Shown here: in pieces, positions 19,305-28,212 of the stretch | Numbering within the stretch: position 1 is the first letter of the stretch | Layout: every line of letters begins with the position of its first letter | Assembly: GCA_036676985.1 (NCBI GenBank) | Contig: JAKFBU010000026.1 | Span: 192,001-256,000 of the forward strand | Length of the DNA: 64,000 nucleotides | Direction of reading: 5' to 3' | Source: Candidatus Sericytochromatia bacterium | GTDB taxonomy: Bacteria; Cyanobacteriota; Sericytochromatia; S15B-MN24; UBA4093 | Position numbers and translations under genes: made by a program | Notes under the pieces: model-generated | What the model was told of the DNA's origin: nothing | Seen by the model: only the letters and a program-made list of their open reading frames with translations | Databases searched by the model: none

Positions 19305-19715
19305 ATGGGAATCAACCACATCACCCTCGTCGGCAGCATGGTGCGCAACCCCGAGATGCGCATGACCCAGAACGGCATCCCGACCACCCAGTTCACGCTG
19401 GCGGTCACCCGGCCCCCTCGCCAAGAGGGTCAGCAACACGAGGTGACCGACTACGTCAAGGTGGTCACTTGGCGCAAGCTGGCGGAAACCGCCAACGAGC
19501 AGCTCAAGAAGGGGGATCTGGTCTCGGTCGAGGGCCGTCTCTTGACGCGCACCTACGAGCAGGACGGCCAACGCAAGAAGGTCGTCGAGGTCGAGGCTCA
19601 AAGCGTCGAAGCGATCCGCGCAGGCGGAGCGCGCGCCGAGGCCGAGGCCCCGAGCGAGCCGATGATGGACGAGGACGTGCCGGCCTTCGCCGACGCGGAC
19701 GAGATTCCCTTCTAA
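19305..19715 (+). CDS. ssb: Single-stranded DNA-binding protein
   Basis: OB-fold motifs, acidic DEIPF tail, rpsF-ssb-rpsR context. Confidence 0.95.
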   Translation: MGINHITLVGSMVRNPEMRMTQNGIPTTQFTLAVTRPPRQEGQQHEVTDYVKVVTWRKLAETANEQLKKGDLVSVEGRLLTRTYEQDGQRKKVVEVEAQSVEAIRAGGARAEAEAPSEPMMDEDVPAFADADEIPF

Positions 19716-19728
19716 GCAGGAGGTACTT

Positions 19729-19968
19729 ATGGCTGTTGCCAAGCGTGGCGCAGGCCGCGTCAAGCGCCGCAAGGTTTGCGGTTTCTGCGTTGATAAGGCC
19801 ACGAGCGTCGATTACAAGGACGTGATGCGCCTGCGCAAGTTCCTCACCGAGCGTGGCAAGATCCTGCCCCGCCGCGTGACCGGGAACTGCGCCAAGCACC
19901 AGCGGATGCTGACCGACTCCATCAAGGTGTCGCGTGAGATCGCGCTGCTGCCGTTCTCGATCGACTAA
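19729..19968 (+). CDS. rpsR: 30S ribosomal protein S18 (Zn-binding form)
   Basis: [27 protein letters not shown]. Confidence 0.97.
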   Translation: MAVAKRGAGRVKRRKVCGFCVDKATSVDYKDVMRLRKFLTERGKILPRRVTGNCAKHQRMLTDSIKVSREIALLPFSID

Positions 19969-20001
19969 GCGACTCACGTCGCCTGTCATTCGTGACGCTT
20001 T

Positions 20002-20038
20002 GAAAGGTCCGGTCGGCGCTAGCCGCCGGACCTTTCTT
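20002..20038 (+). terminator. Intrinsic terminator
   Basis: GAAAGGTCCGG...CCGGACCTTTCTT. Confidence 0.7.
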
Positions 20039-20063
20039 CCTACCCCCTCGACGAGGATGACCG

Positions 20064-21140
20064 ATGAACCTCACCTCTCTTGAACAGATCCGCCAGGATG
20101 CCCTCGCCGCGCTGCAGGACGCCACCGACCTGCAAGCCCTCGAGGCCTGGTACCAGCGCTACTTCAACCGCGAGCGCGGCGAACTCAACCTCTTGATGCG
20201 CGAGATCCCCAAGGTCGAGCCCTCCGAGCGCAAGGCGTTCGGCCAGGGCGTCAACCAGATCAAGCAGGCGCTCGAGGGCGAGTACCAGACCCGCCTCGCC
20301 GCCGCCCAGTCGGCCGAGCTCAACAAGCGCCTCCAGGAGGAGCGGGTCGACGTGACCCTGCCCGGCCGGGGCCTGCCCATGGGCACGCGCCACCCCATCA
20401 CCCAGGTCCTCGACGAGATCTCGGACATCTTCGTGCGCCTCGGCTTCGAGCTGGCCGAAGGCCCCGAGGTGGAGGACGACTGGCACAACTTCACGGCCCT
20501 CAACACCCCGGCCGACCACCCGGCCCGCGAGATGCAGGACACCTTCTACCTGCACCCGGTCGACGAGGCCGGTCGCGCGCCGCACGACCCGCTCACGGTC
20601 GCGGGCCAGGCGGGGATGCTCTTGCGCACGCACACCTCGAGCGTGCAGATCCGCGTGATGGAGGACCAGGCGCCGCCCCTGCGCTACCTGATGCCGGGCC
20701 GCGTCTACCGCCGGGATGCCGTGACCAACCGCCACTACCCGATCTTCCACCAAATCGAGGGCCTGGTGGTCGACGAGCGCACGACGTTCGCGGACCTCAA
20801 GGGAACGCTGACGGCGGCCATGCAGGAGATCTTCGGGGAGGATCGCCAGGTGCGCTTCCGCCCGAGCTTCTTCCCGTTCACGGAGCCCTCGGCCGAGTAC
20901 GACGTGCAGTGCCTCTGCAAGGGCGAGGGCTGCCGGATCTGCTCGTACACGGGCTGGCTCGAGATCGGCGGCTGCGGCATGGTGGATCCGAACGTGCTGA
21001 CGGCGGTCAGCATCGACCCCGAGCGCTACACGGGCTTCGCCTTCGGCCTGGGCGCCGAGCGCATCGCCATGCTCAAGTACGATATCCCCGACATCCGCCT
21101 GTACTGGGAGAACCACCTGCGGTTCCTGGAGCAGTTCTAG
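20064..21140 (+). CDS. pheS: Phenylalanine-tRNA ligase alpha subunit
   Basis: HPAREMQDTFY, LRTHTS, FHQIEG, FPFTEPS, GFAFGLG. Confidence 0.97.
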   Translation: MNLTSLEQIRQDALAALQDATDLQALEAWYQRYFNRERGELNLLMREIPKVEPSERKAFGQGVNQIKQALEGEYQTRLAAAQSAELNKRLQEERVDVTLPGRGLPMGTRHPITQVLDEISDIFVRLGFELAEGPEVEDDWHNFTALNTPADHPAREMQDTFYLHPVDEAGRAPHDPLTVAGQAGMLLRTHTSSVQIRVMEDQAPPLRYLMPGRVYRRDAVTNRHYPIFHQIEGLVVDERTTFADLKGTLTAAMQEIFGEDRQVRFRPSFFPFTEPSAEYDVQCLCKGEGCRICSYTGWLEIGGCGMVDPNVLTAVSIDPERYTGFAFGLGAERIAMLKYDIPDIRLYWENHLRFLEQF

Positions 21141-21144
21141 AGGC

Positions 21145-21212
21145 GATCCGCAGATTTCGCAGATGACGCAGATTGCTCGAAAAATCTGCGAAATCTGCGT
21201 CATCTGCGGATC
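21145..21212. repeat. Palindromic element built from 3+3 CGCAGAT units at 9-bp period
   Basis: GATCCGCAGATTTCGCAGATGACGCAGATT-8 bp-AATCTGCGAAATCTGCGTCATCTGCGGATC. Confidence 0.85.
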
Positions 21213-21236
21213 CGTCACCTTTCTGGAGATACATCC

Positions 21237-23645
21237 ATGCGTATTCCGTTGAACTGGCTGAACGACTACTTCGCAGCCCCCCTCACCGACGTCGACGCCA
21301 TCAAGTCGGCGCTCACCAACGCGGGCCTCGAGGTGGATGGCGTCGAGCGCGTCGCCCCCGGCTTCGAGAAGGTGGTCACGGGCAAGATCGTCGAGGCCGT
21401 CCAGCACCCGAACGCCGACCGCCTGCGCGTCTGCCAGACCGACGTCGGCACCGGCGAGCTGCTGCAGATCGTCACGGGCGCCGCCAACGTCCAGGTCGGA
21501 GACATCATCCCCGTCTCCCTGGTCGGCGCCCACCTGCCCAACGGCCTCGAGATCAAGGCCTCCAAGCTGCGCGGCGTCGACAGCTTCGGCATGTACTGCT
21601 CGCGCAAGGAGCTCGGCATGGAGGGCGGCGTCGACGGCGTCGAGGTCCTACCCCCCGACACCCCCATCGGCATCCCCGCCGCCCAGGCCATGGGCGTCGG
21701 CGGCGTCGTCATCGAGGTGGCCGTCCTCGCCAACCGCCCGGATGCCCTATCGGTGCTCGGCGTGGCCCGCGAGCTCGCGGCCGCCGGCCTCGGGACCCTC
21801 AAGTCGCCCCAGCCCAAGCCCCTGTCGCTCGACGGCGCGCCCCTCGCGGCCGTGACCCTCGAAGCGTCGGATCTCTGCCCGCGCTACGCCGGCCAGGTCG
21901 TCTCGGGCCTCAAGGTCGGCCCCTCGCCCGACTGGATGAAGGAGCGCCTGGAGCTCGCCGGCGTGCGCGCCATCTCGAACGTGGTCGACGTGACGAACTA
22001 CGTCCTGCTCGAGATGGGGCAGCCCCTGCACGCCTTCGACCTCGCGAAGATCTCGCCCCTGACCATCCGCCCCCGCCGCGCCAAGGCCGGCGAGACCATG
22101 ACCACCCTCGACGGCGCCGAGCGCCAACTCGACCCCGAGATGCTCGTCATCGCGGACGAGCACGGGGCCCAGGCGATCGCGGGCGTCATGGGCGGCGCCC
22201 ACTCCCAGGTCACCGAGGAGACGTCGAGCGTCCTTTTGGAGTCCGCCTACTTCGACCCGTCGAGCGTCCGCAAGACGGGCAAGAAGCTTGGCCTGAGCTC
22301 GGAGAGCTCGTACCGCTTCGAGCGGGGCGTGGACCCCGAGCACACGGTGCTTGCCCTCGCGCGCGCTGCCGAGCTCCTCGCCGAGGTGGCGGGCGCCTCC
22401 GTGCAAGGCCCCGTGGTGGATCAGAAGACGTCGCCGGACTTCCCGCAGCCCCTCGAGATCACGCTGCGTCCCGCGCGCGTCGAGCGCGTGCTCGGCACCC
22501 TGCCCGACCTGGAGGCCGCCCGCACCAAGCTCTCGGCCATCGGCTTCGAGATCCGCTCCGGCGAGCCCTGGCAGGTGCGCGTGCCCGGCTGGCGCCGCCA
22601 CGACGTCACCCGCGAGATCGACCTCATCGAAGAGATCGCGCGCCTCATCGGCTACGACCAGGTCCCCGCGACCCTCATGCCCCTCTCGGGCGTGGCGTCC
22701 CTCGGCCGCCGCGAGCTCACCACCCGCCGGGTGCGCGAGGTCCTGGAGGGCGCCGGCCTGCACGAGGTCATCACGCCGTCCCTGACGAGCGAGGCGGCCC
22801 TCAAGCTCGCCAAGGCTCCGGTCGACGAGGCCGTCGTGCTCGCCAACCCGCTCGCCGAGATGGCGCTGCTGCGCACGTCCATGCTGCCCGGCCTCCTGGA
22901 GGTCGCGCGCTTCAACCACTACCAGGGCCTGTCGAACCTCTCCCTCTATGAGGTCGGCAAGACCTACCGCAAGCGCCCCGACGGCACCGTCGAGGAGCCG
23001 CGCTGGGTGGCCTTCCTGGTCATGGGTGAGCAGGCGTCGGGCGTCTGGAAGCGGGCTCCGGAGGTCCTCACGGCCGACTTCTTCTGGGGCAAGGGGATCG
23101 CCGAGCGTGTGTTCGAGGCCCTCGGCACCGCCCAGATGCAGGCCTTCCCCTATCCCGAGGAGCCCGCGCTGCACCCGGGCCGGGCGGCTCGCCTGGAGGT
23201 CGGGGGAACGCTCGTGGGCTATCTCGGCGAGGTGCACCCCGAGGTGTACGCCGCCTACGATCTGCCCGTGGGCGGTCGGGCAGCGGTGGCCTGGCTCAGC
23301 CTGGATGCCATGGAGGCCGTCGCTCCCACCAGCGACCGCGCCTTCGGCGCCTTCGGCCGCATCCCGGCCGTGCTGCGCGATCTGGCCCTGGTGGTCCCCG
23401 AGACGACCATGGCCTCGTCGGTGGTCTCCACCGTCCGCGAGATGGGCGGGGAGCTGCTCGAGGCGGTCGAGGTCTTCGATCGCTACCAGGGGCCCCAGGT
23501 CCCCGAGGGCAAGGTCAGCCTCGGCCTGCGCCTGCGGTATCGCGACCCGCAAAAGACCCTGAGCGACGAGGAGGTCGAGCCCGTGCACCGGCGTATCGTC
23601 GAACGCGCCCAGGAGACCTACGGAGCGGCGGTACGCGACCGCTAA
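21237..23645 (+). CDS. pheT: Phenylalanine-tRNA ligase beta subunit
   Basis: HPNADRL, NRPDALS, GQPLHAFD, RFERGVD, DLIEEIAR, FDX-ACB C-terminus. Confidence 0.97.
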   Translation: MRIPLNWLNDYFAAPLTDVDAIKSALTNAGLEVDGVERVAPGFEKVVTGKIVEAVQHPNADRLRVCQTDVGTGELLQIVTGAANVQVGDIIPVSLVGAHLPNGLEIKASKLRGVDSFGMYCSRKELGMEGGVDGVEVLPPDTPIGIPAAQAMGVGGVVIEVAVLANRPDALSVLGVARELAAAGLGTLKSPQPKPLSLDGAPLAAVTLEASDLCPRYAGQVVSGLKVGPSPDWMKERLELAGVRAISNVVDVTNYVLLEMGQPLHAFDLAKISPLTIRPRRAKAGETMTTLDGAERQLDPEMLVIADEHGAQAIAGVMGGAHSQVTEETSSVLLESAYFDPSSVRKTGKKLGLSSESSYRFERGVDPEHTVLALARAAELLAEVAGASVQGPVVDQKTSPDFPQPLEITLRPARVERVLGTLPDLEAARTKLSAIGFEIRSGEPWQVRVPGWRRHDVTREIDLIEEIARLIGYDQVPATLMPLSGVASLGRRELTTRRVREVLEGAGLHEVITPSLTSEAALKLAKAPVDEAVVLANPLAEMALLRTSMLPGLLEVARFNHYQGLSNLSLYEVGKTYRKRPDGTVEEPRWVAFLVMGEQASGVWKRAPEVLTADFFWGKGIAERVFEALGTAQMQAFPYPEEPALHPGRAARLEVGGTLVGYLGEVHPEVYAAYDLPVGGRAAVAWLSLDAMEAVAPTSDRAFGAFGRIPAVLRDLALVVPETTMASSVVSTVREMGGELLEAVEVFDRYQGPQVPEGKVSLGLRLRYRDPQKTLSDEEVEPVHRRIVERAQETYGAAVRDR

Positions 23646-23651
23646 CACCAG

Positions 23652-23678
23652 GCGGCGGCCCTCGGGCCGCCGCTCTTT
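23652..23678 (+). terminator. Intrinsic terminator
   Basis: GCGGCGGCC-CTCG-GGCCGCCGC-TCTTT. Confidence 0.65.
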
Positions 23679-23760
23679 AATGATTTTTTTCGCATGTTCG
23701 GGGTATCATAGGGAAGGCTGTTAAGCGTTTTGACGCACTGGTTGGCCTTTTAGGAGAGCG

Positions 23761-24876
23761 TTGTCATCAATGGGAGCTCGCAAACCCCCGAAGAAGCCGG
23801 AAAAGAAGAGCCTTTTCGCTAGCCTGTTCGCCGGATTCGGCGGCGGCAAGAAGAAAGAGGATCCCAAGAAGCGTCCGGCCTCCGGCAGCGGCAAGAAGAC
23901 CGCTGCGGGTGCTCCCAAGAAGGGCGCCTCCCTGGCCAAGAAGCCCAAGGTGCAGGCTCCGCCCCCCGATGAGGACTTCCTGACCAACGACGATCCCCTC
24001 GCCGGGATCGAGAACGACCTCCTGGGCGCCATCGACGGGGACATGTTCTCCGGGGTGGACTTCGCCGCACCCGAGCCCCCGCAGCCCATGCACGTCGAGC
24101 ACCGGGTGCCCCCGGCCCAGCCCCCGATGCAGCCGGCGCCCCAGCCTCAGCAGGCGGCGGCTCCCGCTCAGGGCAGCTCGCTGTTCGGCCCCGACGGCGT
24201 GGACAACGCCCTCGACTCCCTCTTCGACAGCTTCGAGGTGGGTGGCGGCGCCCCCGCGGCTCCGCCCGCGCCGCCGCAGCCGGCCCCCCAGCCGATGATG
24301 CAGCAGGCGCCAGCACCCCAGCCCATGATGCAGCAGGCTCCGGCGCCGCAGCCCCAGGCTCCGCGTCCCCAGCCCGCGCCTCCCGCCGCCCAGCAGCCTC
24401 CGCAGCAGGACGGCCTGGTCTCCATCGGTAAGCTCCTGGTCGACCAGAACACCCTCAAGCGCATCATCGACAACGCCGAGAAGCGCGGTACCGGCCTCTA
24501 CACCACCACCCGCATCATCTCGAACGCCAAGGGCGCCGACCTCGACGCCATCCTCGGCCAGATCGACCAGTGCGGCGGCGTTGCCGGCAGCCTCATCGTC
24601 GGCCGCGACGGCCTGGTCATCGCGAGCACCCTGCCCACCAACTTCGACAAGGAGCTGGTCGGGGCGATCGCGAGCTCCATGCAGACCAACCTGGACGTCC
24701 AGTGCAAGAAGATGAAGCTGGGCACCGCGCGCCAGGTCATCCTCGACACCGAGGGCGGCGTGGTCCTGCTCATCGCCCTCGAGGTGGGCGTGCTGGTGGT
24801 GATGAGCCAGTCGCTGATGTCCCTGGATCTGACCGGCGTGCTGTCGGTGATCGCAGGCATCGCCGAGAAAGTCTAA
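23761..24876 (+). CDS. Roadblock/LC7 (MglB-like) domain protein with long disordered N-terminus
   Basis: C-terminal GVAGSLIVGRDGLVIAS...LGTARQVILDTEGG; Lys-rich, acidic and Pro/Gln-rich N-terminal segments; AGGAG RBS before TTG. Confidence 0.82.
   Translation: MSSMGARKPPKKPEKKSLFASLFAGFGGGKKKEDPKKRPASGSGKKTAAGAPKKGASLAKKPKVQAPPPDEDFLTNDDPLAGIENDLLGAIDGDMFSGVDFAAPEPPQPMHVEHRVPPAQPPMQPAPQPQQAAAPAQGSSLFGPDGVDNALDSLFDSFEVGGGAPAAPPAPPQPAPQPMMQQAPAPQPMMQQAPAPQPQAPRPQPAPPAAQQPPQQDGLVSIGKLLVDQNTLKRIIDNAEKRGTGLYTTTRIISNAKGADLDAILGQIDQCGGVAGSLIVGRDGLVIASTLPTNFDKELVGAIASSMQTNLDVQCKKMKLGTARQVILDTEGGVVLLIALEVGVLVVMSQSLMSLDLTGVLSVIAGIAEKV
24286..24345 (+). repeat. Coding tandem repeat 2 x 30 bp (PQPMMQQAPA)
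   Basis: Two near-identical 30-bp units in the Pro/Gln linker. Confidence 0.7.
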
Positions 24877-24957
24877 CGATCGCGGGTACAATTAACCGGG
24901 CAGGCGCTCGGGCCGATGCGGCTCGAGCGTAGGACTACGCCCTAGGAGGAGCGCTCC

Positions 24958-26862
24958 GTGGCCATCGTCAAGATGAAGCTGGGCGAGATTCTGCTCAACG
25001 CGAATCTCATCACCGAGAACCAGCTCAAGACAGCCGTCGAGATCCAGAAGCAGACCAAAGAGAGCCTCGGGCTCATCCTGATCAAGCAGGGCTACATCAC
25101 CGAGGCCTCCATCAAGGACGCCCTCGAGCTGCAGTACGGCCTCCGGTACATCAACCTCCGCAAGACCAAGGTTCCGCCCGAGGTCCTCAAGCTCATCCCC
25201 GAGAACCTCCAGCGCCAGCACCAGATCATCCCCGTCTCCCTGGCCAACAACCGCCTGACGCTGGCCATGGTGGACCCCACCAACCTGATCGCCATCGACG
25301 ACGTGCGCTTCACGCTCAAGGGCGTGACGGTGCAGCCGGTGGTCATCACCGAGGACGAGTTCTTCTGGTTCATGGACAACCAGACCGCGACCGCGGCCCC
25401 CGAGGTCGAGTCCGGTCCGGTCATGGACATCTCGTCGGTCCTGGGCGAGATCGCCTCGGACGACGAGCTCGAGGTCGTCGAGCAGAAGGAAGACAACACC
25501 AAGACCATCGAGCTGGAGCGGCAGGCCGAAGAGTCGCCGATCATCAAGCTCGCCAACTCGATCCTGACCAACGCCATCGGCGGTGGCAAGAAGGTCTCGG
25601 ACATCCACATCGAGCCCTGGGAGAACGAGGTCATCGTCCGGTACCGCATCGACGGCATCCTGCACCGGCAATCGACCATCCCCCGCAAGTTCCTGGCCGC
25701 CATCGTCAGCCGCTTCAAGATCATGGCCAACCTGGACATCTCCGAGAAGCGCCTCCCGCAGGACGGCCGCATCCGCGTGCGCTTCAAGGGCCGCGACTGG
25801 GACTTCCGATTCTCGAGCCTGCCTTCCAAGTTCGGCGAGAAGATCTGCATGCGCGTGCTCGACAAGTCGAGCACGACGCTCGGCCTCGAAAAGCTGTTCA
25901 TCTTCCCCGAGGACCTGGCGGTGGTCAACGAGATGGCCAACCGTCCCTTCGGCATCATCTTCGTCACGGGCCCCACGGGCTCCGGCAAGTCGACGACCCT
26001 GTACTCGATCCTCAACATGCGCAACACGCCGGACGTCAACATCGTCACGGCCGAGGACCCCATCGAGTACGACGCGCCCGGCATCAACCAGTGCCAGGTG
26101 CGCCCGGAGATCGGCTACACCTTCGCCCGCGTCCTCAAGGCGTTCCTGCGCCAGGACCCGGACATCATGCTCATCGGTGAGACGCGCGACCTGGAGGTGG
26201 CCAAGATCGCCATCGAGTCCGCGCTCACGGGCCACCTGGTCTTCACGTCGCTGCACACCAACGACGCGCCCGGCGCCATCACCCGTCTGCACGAGATGGG
26301 CGTCGAGGGCTTCATGGTGTCGGCGGCGACCATCGGCATCATCGCCCAGCGTCTGGTGCGGCGCCTCTGCCCCAAGTGCAAGCAGCCCCACACTCCGACG
26401 CCTCAAGAGCTCGACTACGTGGGCTACCGGTACGATCCGGACAACCTGCCGACCTTCTACAAGGCGGTGGGCTGCAACGAGTGCTCGAAGGGCTACTCGG
26501 GCCGCATGGGCGTCTACGAGATCATGAAGCTGAACGACGAGCTGCGCGATCTGATCGCCCGCGGCGCGTCCACGGCCCTCATCCGCTTCGCGGCCAAGCA
26601 GTCCGGCATGACCACCCTCAAGGACTACTCGCTCAAGCTGGTGCGCGACGGCCACACGTCCCTGGACGAGGTCATCCGCGTGACGTTCTCGGGTGAGGGC
26701 GAGGAAAAGCTTTGCCCCGGCTGCCGGAACCCCATCGGCGACGAGTTCATGAAGTGTCCCTTCTGCCAGATCGACCTCAAGAAGGTTTGCCCCAAGTGCC
26801 ATCAGCGGGTAGAAGATGGATGGAAGGGTTGCCCGGCGTGCGGGACGTTGCTCGCGGTATAG
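24958..26862 (+). CDS. pilB: Type IV pilus assembly ATPase with MshEN-like N-terminus and C-terminal double zinc ribbon
   Basis: KLGEILL..., SDIHIEP, GPTGSGKS, LRQDPD, terminal CxxC x4. Confidence 0.93.
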   Translation: MAIVKMKLGEILLNANLITENQLKTAVEIQKQTKESLGLILIKQGYITEASIKDALELQYGLRYINLRKTKVPPEVLKLIPENLQRQHQIIPVSLANNRLTLAMVDPTNLIAIDDVRFTLKGVTVQPVVITEDEFFWFMDNQTATAAPEVESGPVMDISSVLGEIASDDELEVVEQKEDNTKTIELERQAEESPIIKLANSILTNAIGGGKKVSDIHIEPWENEVIVRYRIDGILHRQSTIPRKFLAAIVSRFKIMANLDISEKRLPQDGRIRVRFKGRDWDFRFSSLPSKFGEKICMRVLDKSSTTLGLEKLFIFPEDLAVVNEMANRPFGIIFVTGPTGSGKSTTLYSILNMRNTPDVNIVTAEDPIEYDAPGINQCQVRPEIGYTFARVLKAFLRQDPDIMLIGETRDLEVAKIAIESALTGHLVFTSLHTNDAPGAITRLHEMGVEGFMVSAATIGIIAQRLVRRLCPKCKQPHTPTPQELDYVGYRYDPDNLPTFYKAVGCNECSKGYSGRMGVYEIMKLNDELRDLIARGASTALIRFAAKQSGMTTLKDYSLKLVRDGHTSLDEVIRVTFSGEGEEKLCPGCRNPIGDEFMKCPFCQIDLKKVCPKCHQRVEDGWKGCPACGTLLAV

Positions 26863-26869
26863 CGGAGGA

Positions 26870-26899
26870 CCCCCCCTGGCCCCCCCTCTAGAGGGGGGG
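26870..26899. repeat. C7-TGG-C7-TCTAGA-G7 hairpin element
   Basis: Seen directly between pilB and pilT. Confidence 0.6.
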
Positions 26900-26966
26900 A
26901 AGGCCGCCCAAAGTGAGGGCGTAAGGGAATATCGAGAGGGTTAGTCTCGGAAAGGAGCCTGCCAAT

Positions 26967-28070
26967 ATGTACATGGAGGAGCTGCTGCAGCTCGTGTTCG
27001 ACCGCGACGGGTCGGACCTGCACATCTCGGCGGGCGTCCCGCCCATCATCCGCATCAACGGCAAGCTGGTGCGCACGGACTACGATCCGCTGACGCCCGA
27101 GGACACCCAACGCCTCATCTTCTCGATCCTCTCCAACGACCAGCGCAAGAACCTGGAACAGACCATGGAGCTCGACTGCTCGTACGGCGTGGTCGGCCTG
27201 GGCCGCTTCCGCGTCAACGCGTTCAAGTCCAAGGGCGCCTACGCGGCCGTCTTGCGTACCATCTCGACCAAGATTCCCCGCTTCGAGGACCTGGGCCTAC
27301 CTCCGCTGGTTCGCGAGCTGACGCACAAGCCCCGCGGCCTCATCCTCGTCACCGGCCCCACCGGTTCGGGCAAGTCGACCACCCTGGCGGCGATGATCGA
27401 CAACATCAACGCCACCCGCGCCGAGCACATCCTCACCATCGAGGACCCCGTCGAGTACGTCCACATCCCCAAGATGAGCCTGGTCAACCAGCGCGAGCTC
27501 GGGGCGGACACCAAGAGCTTCGACAACGCCCTCAAGGCGGCCCTGCGCGAAGACCCCGACGTCATCCTGGTGGGTGAGTTGCGCGACCTGGAAACGATCC
27601 GCCTCGCCATGACCGCCGCCGAGACCGGTCACTTGGTCTTCGGCACGCTTCACACCTCGAGCGCCATGCAGACGGTGGACCGCGTCGTCGACGTCTTCCC
27701 GCCGCACCAGCAGCAGCAGATCCGCGTCCAGATCTCGAACTCCCTGGTCGCCGTCCTCTCGCAGACCCTGGTCCCCAAGGTCACGGCCGACGGCAAGGGC
27801 AAGGGCCGCGTGATGGCCCTCGAGATCCTGGTCAACACCCCGGCCATCGCGAACCTGATCCGCGAGGGCAAGACGGCCCAGATCTACTCGGCCATCCAGA
27901 CCGGCCAGAAGTTCGGCATGCAGACCCTCGAGAGCTGCCTGAAGGACCTCTACTTCAACCGCCTCATCTCGTACGAGGACGCGATCGCCAAGACCTCGCG
28001 CCCCGAGGACCTGATCCGCATGATCGGTGCGGCCCCCTCGGGATCGATGGCCCAGGCGATGGCTCGCTAA
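26967..28070 (+). CDS. pilT: Type IV pilus retraction ATPase
   Basis: SDLHISAG, GPTGSGKSTT, ALREDPD, AIANLIREGK, GMQT. Confidence 0.95.
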   Translation: MYMEELLQLVFDRDGSDLHISAGVPPIIRINGKLVRTDYDPLTPEDTQRLIFSILSNDQRKNLEQTMELDCSYGVVGLGRFRVNAFKSKGAYAAVLRTISTKIPRFEDLGLPPLVRELTHKPRGLILVTGPTGSGKSTTLAAMIDNINATRAEHILTIEDPVEYVHIPKMSLVNQRELGADTKSFDNALKAALREDPDVILVGELRDLETIRLAMTAAETGHLVFGTLHTSSAMQTVDRVVDVFPPHQQQQIRVQISNSLVAVLSQTLVPKVTADGKGKGRVMALEILVNTPAIANLIREGKTAQIYSAIQTGQKFGMQTLESCLKDLYFNRLISYEDAIAKTSRPEDLIRMIGAAPSGSMAQAMAR

Positions 28071-28090
28071 GCGTCCCCTTCTCTCGTTCG

Positions 28091-28119
28091 AGCCCCCCGC
28101 CGGCTACCGGCGGGGGGCT
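28091..28119 (+). terminator. Hairpin between pilT and pilC (terminator or stabilising stem)
   Basis: AGCCCCCCGCCGG-CTA-CCGGCGGGGGGCT. Confidence 0.45.
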
Positions 28120-28212
28120 TAGGTTTGGGGCGGTCGGGGGTAAAAGGTATGTGGAAGGTCCCGTTCTGCGGGGCCTGGTAGTGCAACACGGTACATCCAG
28201 GGAGTCCGGTCC

